Shown in pieces: positions 10,090 to 22,900 of a stretch of 32,000 nt of DNA. How positions within the stretch are numbered: position 1 is the stretch's first letter; each line of letters opens with the position of its first letter. The stretch spans positions 120,001 through 152,000 of the forward strand of contig NZ_OZ026462.1 of NCBI RefSeq assembly GCF_964019745.1, read 5' to 3'. This DNA is from Candidatus Saccharimonadota bacterium. GTDB taxonomy: Bacteria > Pseudomonadota > Gammaproteobacteria > Burkholderiales > Burkholderiaceae. Below the pieces are notes generated by a model. That model searched no databases. It was not told the origin of the DNA and saw nothing but the letters and a program-made list of their open reading frames with translations. Made by a program: the position numbers and the translations under genes.

Positions 10090-10968
10090 ATGAATAATAA
10101 TAAAAAAATAATTAAAAAACCTAAATGGTTAAAAATAAAAACAAATTTTGAAAATAAAAATTTTTTTTCAATGAAAAAAATTTTAAAAATAAATAAAATT
10201 ATTACTGTATGTGAAGAAGCTGCTTGTCCAAATATTATAAAATGTTTTACAAAAGGTATTGCTACATTTATGATAATGGGAAATAAATGTACTAGAAAAT
10301 GTTTTTTTTGTAATATTAAAAATGGAAAACCAACAAAAATTGATATTAATGAACCAAAAAATATAGCAAATATAATTTTAAAATTAAAACTTGATTATGT
10401 TGTTATTACTAGTGTTACTAGAGATGATTTAAAAGATGGAGGTGCTGAACAATTTGCTAAATGTATAAAAAATATACGTAAAATATCTCCTAAAACTAAA
10501 ATAGAAATTTTAGTACCTGATTTTAAAAAAAAAAATAATTTAGCTATTAAAATTTTAAGTAAAAATTTACCAGATGTTATAAATCATAATATTGAAACTA
10601 CTTATAGATTATATAAAAAAATTAAACCAGGAGGAAATTATTTTAATTCATTAAAATTATTAAAAAAAATAAAATTAAATTTTCCTAATTTATTAACAAA
10701 ATCTGGATTAATAATAGGTTTAGGTGAAACTGATGAAGAAATTTTAAATACAATATATGATATTAAAAAAAATAATGTTGATATTTTAACTATTGGACAA
10801 TATTTAATGCCAACAAAAAAACATATTCCAGTTCATAGATATATAAAAAAAATAAAATTTAAAAAATTTAAAAAAGAAGCTTATAAATTAGGTTTTAAAA
10901 CTGTTATATCAGGACCTTTAGTAAGATCTAGTTATAAAGCTAATAAAATTTTTAAAAAAAAAAAATAA
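10090..10968 (+). CDS. lipA: Lipoyl synthase (radical SAM)
   Basis: 292 aa with the auxiliary cluster motif CEEAACPNIIKC, the radical-SAM motif CTRKCFFC and a C-terminal RSSY. Confidence 0.95.
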   Translation: MNNNKKIIKKPKWLKIKTNFENKNFFSMKKILKINKIITVCEEAACPNIIKCFTKGIATFMIMGNKCTRKCFFCNIKNGKPTKIDINEPKNIANIILKLKLDYVVITSVTRDDLKDGGAEQFAKCIKNIRKISPKTKIEILVPDFKKKNNLAIKILSKNLPDVINHNIETTYRLYKKIKPGGNYFNSLKLLKKIKLNFPNLLTKSGLIIGLGETDEEILNTIYDIKKNNVDILTIGQYLMPTKKHIPVHRYIKKIKFKKFKKEAYKLGFKTVISGPLVRSSYKANKIFKKKK

Positions 10969-11095
10969 AATATTTTTTTAAAAATATAAATTTATTGACT
11001 TTTGCAGAAAAAAAGTATATTTTATAAAAATACTCTTTAAAAATTTTTTTTTAAAAAAAAATTTTCTTTTAAAAAAAAAAAAAATATTTTTATAT

Positions 11096-11593
11096 ATAAA
11101 TTATATTTAGAAAATAAATTTTTAATTAAAGATTATTTAAAATTAAATTTAAATTAATAAATTATATTTAGAAAATAAATTTTTAATTAAAGATTATTTA
11201 AAATTAAATTTAAATTAATAAATTATATTTAGAAAATAAATTTTTAATTAAAGATTATTTAAAATTAAATTTAAATTAATAAATTATATTTAGAAAATAA
11301 ATTTTTAATTAAAGATTATTTAAAATTAAATTTAAATTAATAAATTATATTTAGAAAATAAATTTTTAATTAAAGATTATTTAAAATTAAATTTAAATTA
11401 ATAAATTATATTTAGAAAATAAATTTTTAATTAAAGATTATTTAAAATTAAATTTAAATTAATAAATTATATTTAGAAAATAAATTTTTAATTAAAGATT
11501 ATTTAAAATTAAATTTAAATTAATAAATTATATTTAGAAAATAAATTTTTAATTAAAGATTATTTAAAATTAAATTTAAATTAATAAATTATA
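11096..11593. repeat. Tandem array 1: 61-bp unit x about 8.2, all copies identical
   Basis: The unit is AAATTATATTTAGAAAATAAATTTTTAATTAAAGATTATTTAAAATTAAATTTAAATTAAT. In the 60-column listing each successive line is shifted by exactly 1 nt with no substitution. Confidence 0.95.
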
Positions 11594-11624
11594 CAAATAA
11601 TATTTATTAATATTTTATTTAAAT

Positions 11625-11706
11625 TTAATTATTTTTATAATAAATATAAAAATATTATTTAAATAAATTATTTTAATAATTATTATTAATTAATATTTAA
11701 TTAAAT
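11625..11706. repeat. Left copy of an approximately 82-bp direct repeat bracketing array 2
   Basis: TTAATTATTTTTATAATAAATATAAAAATATTATTTAAATAAATTATTTTAATAATTATTATTAATTAATATTTAATTAAATT aligns with 19761-19842, with about 5 mismatches in the hand alignment. Confidence 0.8.
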
Positions 11707-11708
11707 TA

Positions 11709-14700
11709 GTTATTAAATAATGTTTTATTAAATTAATTTTATAACTATTAGATTAGTTTTATAACTATTGGATTAGTTTTATAACGAGTTAAATTATTAA
11801 ATAATATTTTATTAGATTAACTTTATAACAAATTAAGTTATTAAATAATGTTTTATTAGATTAGTTTTATAACTATTAGATTAGTTTTATAACGAGTTAA
11901 ATTATTAAATAATATTTTATTAGATTAGTTTTATAACAAATTAAGTTATTAAATAATGTTTTATTAGATTAGTTTTATAACAAATTAAGTTATTAAATAA
12001 TGTTTTATTAGATTAATTTTATAACTATTAGATTAGTTTTATAACGAGTTAAATTATTAAATAATGTTTTATTAGATTAGTTTTATAACAAATTAAGTTA
12101 TTAAATAATGTTTTATTAGATTAGTTTTATAACAAATTAAGTTATTAAATAATGTTTTATTAGATTAGTTTTATAACAAATTAAGTTATTAAATAATGTT
12201 TTATTAGATTAGCTTTATAACAAATTAAGTTATTAAATAATGTTTTATTAGATTAGTTTTATAACAAATTAAGTTATTAAATAATGTTTTATTAGATTAA
12301 TTTTATAACTATTAGATTAGTTTTATAATGAGTTAAATTATTAAATAATGTTTTATTAGATTAGTTTTATAACAAATTAAGTTATTAAATAATGTTTTAT
12401 TAGATTAGCTTTATAACAAATTAAGTTATTAAATAATGTTTTATTAGATTAGTTTTATAACAAATTAAGTTATTAAATAATGTTTTATTAGATTAGTTTT
12501 ATAACAAATTAAGTTATTAAATAATGTTTTATTAGATTAGTTTTATAACAAATTAAGTTATTAAATAATGTTTTATTAGATTAATTTTATAACTATTAGA
12601 TTAGTTTTATAATGAGTTAAATTATTAAATAATGTTTTATTAGATTAGTTTTATAACAAATTAAGTTATTAAATAATGTTTTATTAGATTAGCTTTATAA
12701 CAAATTAAGTTATTAAATAATGTTTTATTAGATTAGTTTTATAACAAATTAAGTTATTAAATAATGTTTTATTAGATTAGTTTTATAACAAATTAAGTTA
12801 TTAAATAATGTTTTATTAGATTAATTTTATAACTATTAGATTAGTTTTATAATGAGTTAAATTATTAAATAATGTTTTATTAGATTAGTTTTATAACAAA
12901 TTAAGTTATTAAATAATGTTTTATTAGATTAGTTTTATAACAAATTAAGTTATTAAATAATGTTTTATTAGATTAGTTTTATAACAAATTAAGTTATTAA
13001 ATAATGTTTTATTAGATTAGTTTTATAACAAATTAAGTTATTAAATAATGTTTTATTAGATTAATTTTATAACTATTAGATTAGTTTTATAATGAGTTAA
13101 ATTATTAAATAATGTTTTATTAGATTAGTTTTATAACAAATTAAGTTATTAAATAATGTTTTATTAGATTAGTTTTATAACAAATTAAGTTATTAAATAA
13201 TGTTTTATTAGATTAGTTTTATAACAAATTAAGTTATTAAATAATGTTTTATTAGATTAATTTTATAACTATTAGATTAGTTTTATAACGAGTTAAATTA
13301 TTAAATAATGTTTTATTAGATTAGTTTTATAACAAATTAAGTTATTAAATAATGTTTTATTAGATTAGTTTTATAACAAATTAAGTTATTAAATAATGTT
13401 TTATTAGATTAATTTTATAACTATTAGATTAGTTTTATAATGAGTTAAATTATTAAATAATGTTTTATTAGATTAGTTTTATAACAAATTAAGTTATTAA
13501 ATAATGTTTTATTAGATTAGTTTTATAACAAATTAAGTTATTAAATAATGTTTTATTAGATTAGCTTTATAACAAATTAAGTTATTAAATAATGTTTTAT
13601 TAGATTAGTTTTATAACAAATTAAGTTATTAAATAATGTTTTATTAGATTAGTTTTATAACAAATTAAGTTATTAAATAATGTTTTATTAGATTAATTTT
13701 ATAACTATTAGATTAGTTTTATAACGAGTTAAATTATTAAATAATGTTTTATTAGATTAGTTTTATAACAAATTAAGTTATTAAATAATGTTTTATTAGA
13801 TTAGTTTTATAACAAATTAAGTTATTAAATAATGTTTTATTAGATTAGTTTTATAACAAATTAAGTTATTAAATAATGTTTTATTAGATTAGTTTTATAA
13901 CAAATTAAGTTATTAAATAATGTTTTATTAGATTAATTTTATAACTATTAGATTAGTTTTATAATGAGTTAAATTATTAAATAATGTTTTATTAGATTAG
14001 TTTTATAACAAATTAAGTTATTAAATAATGTTTTATTAGATTAGCTTTATAACAAATTAAGTTATTAAATAATGTTTTATTAGATTAGTTTTATAACAAA
14101 TTAAGTTATTAAATAATGTTTTATTAGATTAATTTTATAACTATTAGATTAGTTTTATAATGAGTTAAATTATTAAATAATGTTTTATTAGATTAGTTTT
14201 ATAACAAATTAAGTTATTAAATAATGTTTTATTAGATTAGTTTTATAACAAATTAAGTTATTAAATAATGTTTTATTAGATTAGTTTTATAACAAATTAA
14301 GTTATTAAATAATGTTTTATTAGATTAATTTTATAACTATTAGATTAGTTTTATAATGAGTTAAATTATTAAATAATGTTTTATTAGATTAGTTTTATAA
14401 CAAATTAAGTTATTAAATAATGTTTTATTAGATTAGCTTTATAACAAATTAAGTTATTAAATAATGTTTTATTAGATTAGTTTTATAATAAATTAAGTTA
14501 TTAAATAATGTTTTATTAGATTAGTTTTATAACAAATTAAGTTATTAAATAATGTTTTATTAGATTAATTTTATAACTATTAGATTAGTTTTATAACGAG
14601 TTAAATTATTAAATAATGTTTTATTAGATTAGTTTTATAACAAATTAAGTTATTAAATAATGTTTTATTAGATTAGTTTTATAACAAATAAAGTTATTAA

Positions 14701-17700
14701 ATAATGTTTTATTAGATTAGTTTTATAACAAATTAAGTTATTAAATAATGTTTTATTAGATTAGTTTTATAACAAATTAAGTTATTAAATAATGTTTTAT
14801 TAGATTAATTTTATAACTATTAGATTAGTTTTATAACGAGTTAAATTATTAAATAATGTTTTATTAGATTAGTTTTATAACAAATTAAGTTATTAAATAA
14901 TGTTTTATTAGATTAGCTTTATAACAAATTAAGTTATTAAATAATGTTTTATTAGATTAGTTTTATAACAAATTAAGTTATTAAATAATGTTTTATTAGA
15001 TTAGTTTTATAACAAATTAAGTTATTAAATAATGTTTTATTAGATTAATTTTATAACGAGTTAAATTATTAAATAATGTTTTATTAGATTAGTTTTATAA
15101 CAAATTAAGTTATTAAATAATGTTTTATTAGATTAGTTTTATAACAAATTAAGTTATTAAATAATGTTTTATTAGATTAATTTTATAACTATTAGATTAG
15201 TTTTATAACGAGTTAAATTATTAAATAATGTTTTATTAGATTAGTTTTATAACAAATTAAGTTATTAAATAATGTTTTATTAGATTAGTTTTATAACAAA
15301 TTAAGTTATTAAATAATGTTTTATTAGATTAATTTTATAACTATTAGATTAGTTTTATAATGAGTTAAATTATTAAATAATGTTTTATTAGATTAGTTTT
15401 ATAACAAATTAAGTTATTAAATAATGTTTTATTAGATTAGCTTTATAACAAATTAAGTTATTAAATAATGTTTTATTAGATTAGTTTTATAACAAATTAA
15501 GTTATTAAATAATGTTTTATTAGATTAGTTTTATAACAAATTAAGTTATTAAATAATGTTTTATTAGATTAATTTTATAACTATTAGATTAGTTTTATAA
15601 CGAGTTAAATTATTAAATAATGTTTTATTAGATTAGTTTTATAACAAATTAAGTTATTAAATAATGTTTTATTAGATTAGTTTTATAACAAATTAAGTTA
15701 TTAAATAATGTTTTATTAGATTAATTTTATAACTATTAGATTAGTTTTATAACGAGTTAAATTATTAAATAATGTTTTATTAGATTAGTTTTATAACAAA
15801 TTAAGTTATTAAATAATGTTTTATTAGATTAGTTTTATAACAAATAAAGTTATTAAATAATGTTTTATTAGATTAGTTTTATAACAAATTAAGTTATTAA
15901 ATAATGTTTTATTAGATTAGTTTTATAACAAATTAAGTTATTAAATAATGTTTTATTAGATTAGTTTTATAACAAATAAAGTTATTAAATAATGTTTTAT
16001 TAGATTAGTTTTATAACAAATTAAGTTATTAAATAATGTTTTATTAGATTAGTTTTATAACAAATTAAGTTATTAAATAATGTTTTATTAGATTAATTTT
16101 ATAACTATTAGATTAGTTTTATAACAAATTAAGTTATTAAATAATGTTTTATTAGATTAGCTTTATAACAAATTAAGTTATTAAATAATGTTTTATTAGA
16201 TTAGTTTTATAACAAATTAAGTTATTAAATAATGTTTTATTAGATTAGTTTTATAACAAATTAAGTTATTAAATAATGTTTTATTAGATTAGTTTTATAA
16301 CAAATTAAGTTATTAAATAATGTTTTATTAGATTAATTTTATAACTATTAGATTAGTTTTATAACAAATTAAGTTATTAAATAATGTTTTATTAGATTAG
16401 CTTTATAACAAATTAAGTTATTAAATAATGTTTTATTAGATTAGTTTTATAACAAATTAAGTTATTAAATAATGTTTTATTAGATTAGCTTTATAACAAA
16501 TTAAGTTATTAAATAATGTTTTATTAGATTAGTTTTATAACAAATTAAGTTATTAAATAATGTTTTATTAGATTAGTTTTATAACAAATTAAGTTATTAA
16601 ATAATGTTTTATTAGATTAATTTTATAACTATTAGATTAGTTTTATAACGAGTTAAATTATTAAATAATGTTTTATTAGATTAGTTTTATAACAAATTAA
16701 GTTATTAAATAATGTTTTATTAGATTAGTTTTATAACAAATAAAGTTATTAAATAATGTTTTATTAGATTAGTTTTATAACAAATTAAGTTATTAAATAA
16801 TGTTTTATTAGATTAATTTTATAACTATTAGATTAGTTTTATAACGAGTTAAATTATTAAATAATGTTTTATTAGATTAGTTTTATAACAAATTAAGTTA
16901 TTAAATAATGTTTTATTAGATTAGCTTTATAACAAATTAAGTTATTAAATAATGTTTTATTAGATTAGTTTTATAACAAATTAAGTTATTAAATAATGTT
17001 TTATTAGATTAGTTTTATAACAAATTAAGTTATTAAATAATGTTTTATTAGATTAATTTTATAACTATTAGATTAGTTTTATAACGAGTTAAATTATTAA
17101 ATAATGTTTTATTAGATTAGTTTTATAACAAATTAAGTTATTAAATAATGTTTTATTAGATTAGTTTTATAACAAATAAAGTTATTAAATAATGTTTTAT
17201 TAGATTAGTTTTATAACAAATTAAGTTATTAAATAATGTTTTATTAGATTAATTTTATAACTATTAGATTAGTTTTATAACGAGTTAAATTATTAAATAA
17301 TGTTTTATTAGATTAGTTTTATAACAAATTAAGTTATTAAATAATGTTTTATTAGATTAGCTTTATAACAAATTAAGTTATTAAATAATGTTTTATTAGA
17401 TTAGTTTTATAACAAATTAAGTTATTAAATAATGTTTTATTAGATTAGTTTTATAACAAATTAAGTTATTAAATAATGTTTTATTAGATTAATTTTATAA
17501 CGAGTTAAATTATTAAATAATGTTTTATTAGATTAGTTTTATAACAAATTAAGTTATTAAATAATGTTTTATTAGATTAGTTTTATAACAAATTAAGTTA
17601 TTAAATAATGTTTTATTAGATTAATTTTATAACTATTAGATTAGTTTTATAACGAGTTAAATTATTAAATAATGTTTTATTAGATTAGTTTTATAACAAA

Positions 17701-19759
17701 TTAAGTTATTAAATAATGTTTTATTAGATTAGTTTTATAACAAATTAAGTTATTAAATAATGTTTTATTAGATTAATTTTATAACTATTAGATTAGTTTT
17801 ATAATGAGTTAAATTATTAAATAATGTTTTATTAGATTAGTTTTATAACAAATTAAGTTATTAAATAATGTTTTATTAGATTAGCTTTATAACAAATTAA
17901 GTTATTAAATAATGTTTTATTAGATTAGTTTTATAACAAATTAAGTTATTAAATAATGTTTTATTAGATTAGTTTTATAACAAATTAAGTTATTAAATAA
18001 TGTTTTATTAGATTAATTTTATAACTATTAGATTAGTTTTATAACGAGTTAAATTATTAAATAATGTTTTATTAGATTAGTTTTATAACAAATTAAGTTA
18101 TTAAATAATGTTTTATTAGATTAGTTTTATAACAAATAAAGTTATTAAATAATGTTTTATTAGATTAGTTTTATAACAAATTAAGTTATTAAATAATGTT
18201 TTATTAGATTAGTTTTATAACAAATTAAGTTATTAAATAATGTTTTATTAGATTAGTTTTATAACAAATAAAGTTATTAAATAATGTTTTATTAGATTAG
18301 TTTTATAACAAATTAAGTTATTAAATAATGTTTTATTAGATTAGTTTTATAACAAATTAAGTTATTAAATAATGTTTTATTAGATTAATTTTATAACTAT
18401 TAGATTAGTTTTATAACAAATTAAGTTATTAAATAATGTTTTATTAGATTAGCTTTATAACAAATTAAGTTATTAAATAATGTTTTATTAGATTAGTTTT
18501 ATAACAAATTAAGTTATTAAATAATGTTTTATTAGATTAGTTTTATAACAAATTAAGTTATTAAATAATGTTTTATTAGATTAATTTTATAACGAGTTAA
18601 ATTATTAAATAATGTTTTATTAGATTAGTTTTATAACAAATTAAGTTATTAAATAATGTTTTATTAGATTAGTTTTATAACAAATTAAGTTATTAAATAA
18701 TGTTTTATTAGATTAATTTTATAACTATTAGATTAGTTTTATAACGAGTTAAATTATTAAATAATGTTTTATTAGATTAGTTTTATAACAAATTAAGTTA
18801 TTAAATAATGTTTTATTAGATTAGTTTTATAACAAATTAAGTTATTAAATAATGTTTTATTAGATTAATTTTATAACTATTAGATTAGTTTTATAATGAG
18901 TTAAATTATTAAATAATGTTTTATTAGATTAGTTTTATAACAAATTAAGTTATTAAATAATGTTTTATTAGATTAGCTTTATAACAAATTAAGTTATTAA
19001 ATAATGTTTTATTAGATTAGTTTTATAACAAATTAAGTTATTAAATAATGTTTTATTAGATTAGTTTTATAACAAATTAAGTTATTAAATAATGTTTTAT
19101 TAGATTAATTTTATAACTATTAGATTAGTTTTATAACGAGTTAAATTATTAAATAATGTTTTATTAGATTAGTTTTATAACAAATTAAGTTATTAAATAA
19201 TGTTTTATTAGATTAGTTTTATAACAAATAAAGTTATTAAATAATGTTTTATTAGATTAGTTTTATAACAAATTAAGTTATTAAATAATGTTTTATTAGA
19301 TTAGTTTTATAACAAATTAAGTTATTAAATAATGTTTTATTAGATTAGTTTTATAACTATTAGATTAGTTTTATAACGAGTTAAATTATTAAATAATGTT
19401 TTATTAGATTAGTTTTATAACAAATTAAGTTATTAAATAATGTTTTATTAGATTAGCTTTATAACAAATTAAGTTATTAAATAATGTTTTATTAGATTAG
19501 TTTTATAACAAATTAAGTTATTAAATAATGTTTTATTAGATTAGTTTTATAACAAATTAAGTTATTAAATAATGTTTTATTAGATTAATTTTATAACTAT
19601 TAGATTAGTTTTATAACGAGTTAAATTATTAAATAATGTTTTATTAGATTAGTTTTATAACAAATTAAGTTATTAAATAATGTTTTATTAGATTAGTTTT
19701 ATAACAAATAAAGTTATTAAATAATGTTTTATTAAATTAATTTTATAATAAATTAAGTT
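11709..19759. repeat. Tandem array 2: 44-bp basic unit with a 64-bp variant, about 167 units (8.05 kb), higher-order organised
   Basis: The consensus is GTTATTAAATAATGTTTTATTAGATTAGTTTTATAACAAATTAA. My hand parse gives about 133 units of 44 bp and about 34 units of 64 bp (one of them 84 bp). That sums to 8048 bp against 8051 bp observed. Confidence 0.95.
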
Positions 19760-19760
19760 A

Positions 19761-19842
19761 TTAATTATTTTTATAATAAACATAAAAATATTATTTAAAT
19801 AAATTAATTTAATAATTATTATTAAATAATATTTAAATTAAT
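19761..19842. repeat. Right copy of the approximately 82-bp direct repeat bracketing array 2
   Basis: TTAATTATTTTTATAATAAACATAAAAATATTATTTAAATAAATTAATTTAATAATTATTATTAAATAATATTTAAATTAATT begins 1 nt after the last 44-bp unit. A further partial copy (GTTATTAATTATTTTTAAT) occurs near 19856. Confidence 0.8.
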
Positions 19843-19938
19843 TAATTTTACAATAAGTTATTAATTATTTTTAATATTAAAAATAAAAAGATTATAATAT
19901 AAATATTAATATTTTAATAAATTTATATAAATAAATTA

Positions 19939-22900
19939 TTAGTTATTTTTATAAAAATATTAAAAAATAATTATTAATTTATTAATTTATTAATTTATTA
20001 ATTTATTAATTTATTAATTTATTAATTTATTAATTTATTAATTTATTAATTTATTAATTTATTAATTTATTAATTTATTAATTTATTAATTTAATATCAT
20101 TAATAAGATATAATAAATTAATATTTTTATTAATTTTTGTTTATATAAATAAAATATATATAAATTTATATATATAAATTGTTAATTATTTTTATTATAG
20201 TATTAAAAAATAATTAATAATTTATTAATTTAATATTTTAATAAAACTTAATGAATAAATATTATTATTAATTTTTAAATTTATTTTTTTTATATAGATA
20301 AAATATATATAAATTTATATAGGTAAATTGTTAATTATTTTTATTATAGTATTAAAAAATAATTAATAATTTATTAATTTAATATTTTAATAAAACTTAA
20401 TGAACAAATATTATTATTAATTTTTAAATTTATTTTTTTTATATAGATAAAATATATATAAATTTATATAGGTAAATTGTTAATTATTTTTATTATAGTA
20501 TTAAAAAATAATTAATAATTTATTAATTTAATATTTTAATAAAACTTAATGAACAAATATTATTATTAATTTTTAAATTTATTTTTTTTATATAGATAAA
20601 ATATATATAAATTTATATAGGTAAATTGTTAATTATTTTTATTATAGTATTAAAAAATAATTAATAATTTATTAATTTAATATTTTAATAAAACTTAATG
20701 AACAAATATTATTATTAATTTTTAAATTTATTTTTTTTATATAGATAAAATATATATAAATTTATATAGGTAAATTGTTAATTATTTTTATTATAGTATT
20801 AAAAAATAATTAATAATTTATTAATTTAATATTTTAATAAAACTTAATGAACAAATATTATTATTAATTTTTAAATTTATTTTTTTTATATAGATAAAAT
20901 ATATATAAATTTATATAGGTAAATTGTTAATTATTTTTATTATAGTATTAAAAAATAATTAATAATTTATTAATTTAATATTTTAATAAAACTTAATGAA
21001 CAAATATTATTATTAATTTTTAAATTTATTTTTTTTATATAGATAAAATATATATAAATTTATATAGGTAAATTGTTAATTATTTTTATTATAGTATTAA
21101 AAAATAATTAATAATTTATTAATTTAATATTTTAATAAAACTTAATAAACAAATATTATTATTAATTTTTAAATTTATTTTTTTTATATAGATAAAATAT
21201 ATATAAATTTATATAGGTAAATTGTTAATTATTTTTATTATAGTATTAAAAAATAATTAATAATTTATTAATTTAATATTTTAATAAAACTTAATGAACA
21301 AATATTATTATTAATTTTTAAATTTATTTTTTTTATATAGATAAAATATATATAAATTTATATAGGTAAATTGTTAATTATTTTTATTATAGTATTAAAA
21401 AATAATTAATAATTTATTAATTTATTAATTTAATATTTTAATAAAACTTAATGAACAAATATTATTATTAATTTTTAAATTTATTTTTTTTATATAGATA
21501 AAATATATATAAATTTATATAGGTAAATTGTTAATTATTTTTATTATAGTATTAAAAAATAATTAATAATTTATTAATTTAATATTTTAATAAAACTTAA
21601 TGAACAAATATTATTATTAATTTTTAAATTTATTTTTTTTATATAGATAAAATATATATAAATTTATATAGGTAAATTGTTAATTATTTTTATTATAGTA
21701 TTAAAAAATAATTAATAATTTATTAATTTATTAATTTAATATTTTAATAAAACTTAATGAACAAATATTATTATTAATTTTTAAATTTATTTTTTTTATA
21801 TAGATAAAATATATATAAATTTATATAGGTAAATTGTTAATTATTTTTATTATAGTATTAAAAAATAATTAATAATTTATTAATTTAATATTTTAATAAA
21901 ACTTAATGAACAAATATTATTATTAATTTTTAAATTTATTTTTTTTATATAGATAAAATATATATAAATTTATATAGGTAAATTGTTAATTATTTTTATT
22001 ATAGTATTAAAAGATAATTAATAATTTAATAATTTATTAATTTAATATTTTAATAAAACTTAATGAACAAATATTATTATTAATTTTTAAATTTATTTTT
22101 TTTATATAGATAAAATATATATAAATTTATATAGGTAAATTGTTAATTATTTTTATTATAGTATTAAAAAATAATTAATAATTTATTAATTTAATATTTT
22201 AATAAAACTTAATGAACAAATATTATTATTAATTTTTAAATTTATTTTTTTTATATAGATAAAATATATATAAATTTATATAGGTAAATTGTTAATTATT
22301 TTTATTATAGTATTAAAAAATAATTAATAATTTATTAATTTATTAATTTAATATTTTAATAAAACTTAATGAACAAATATTATTATTAATTTTTAAATTT
22401 ATTTTTTTTATATAGATAAAATATATATAAATTTATATAGGTAAATTGTTAATTATTTTTATTATAGTATTAAAAAATAATTAATAATTTATTAATTTAA
22501 TATTTTAATAAAACTTAATGAACAAATATTATTATTAATTTTTAAATTTATTTTTTTTATATAGATAAAATATATATAAATTTATATAGGTAAATTGTTA
22601 ATTATTTTTATTATAGTATTAAAAAATAATTAATAATTTATTAATTTATTAATTTAATATTTTAATAAAACTTAATGAACAAATATTATTATTAATTTTT
22701 AAATTTATTTTTTTTATATAGATAAAATATATATAAATTTATATAGGTAAATTGTTAATTATTTTTATTATAGTATTAAAAAATAATTAATAATTTATTA
22801 ATTTAATATTTTAATAAAACTTAATGAACAAATATTATTATTAATTTTTAAATTTATTTTTTTTATATAGATAAAATATATATAAATTTATATAGGTAAA

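Noticed and set aside
10990-11095. TTGACT...TATATT promoter-like hexamers and A-run/T-run hairpins downstream of lipA
   Set aside because: Hexamer matches and A:T-only hairpins arise by chance at high frequency in DNA this A+T-rich. I cannot distinguish them from background without transcript data.
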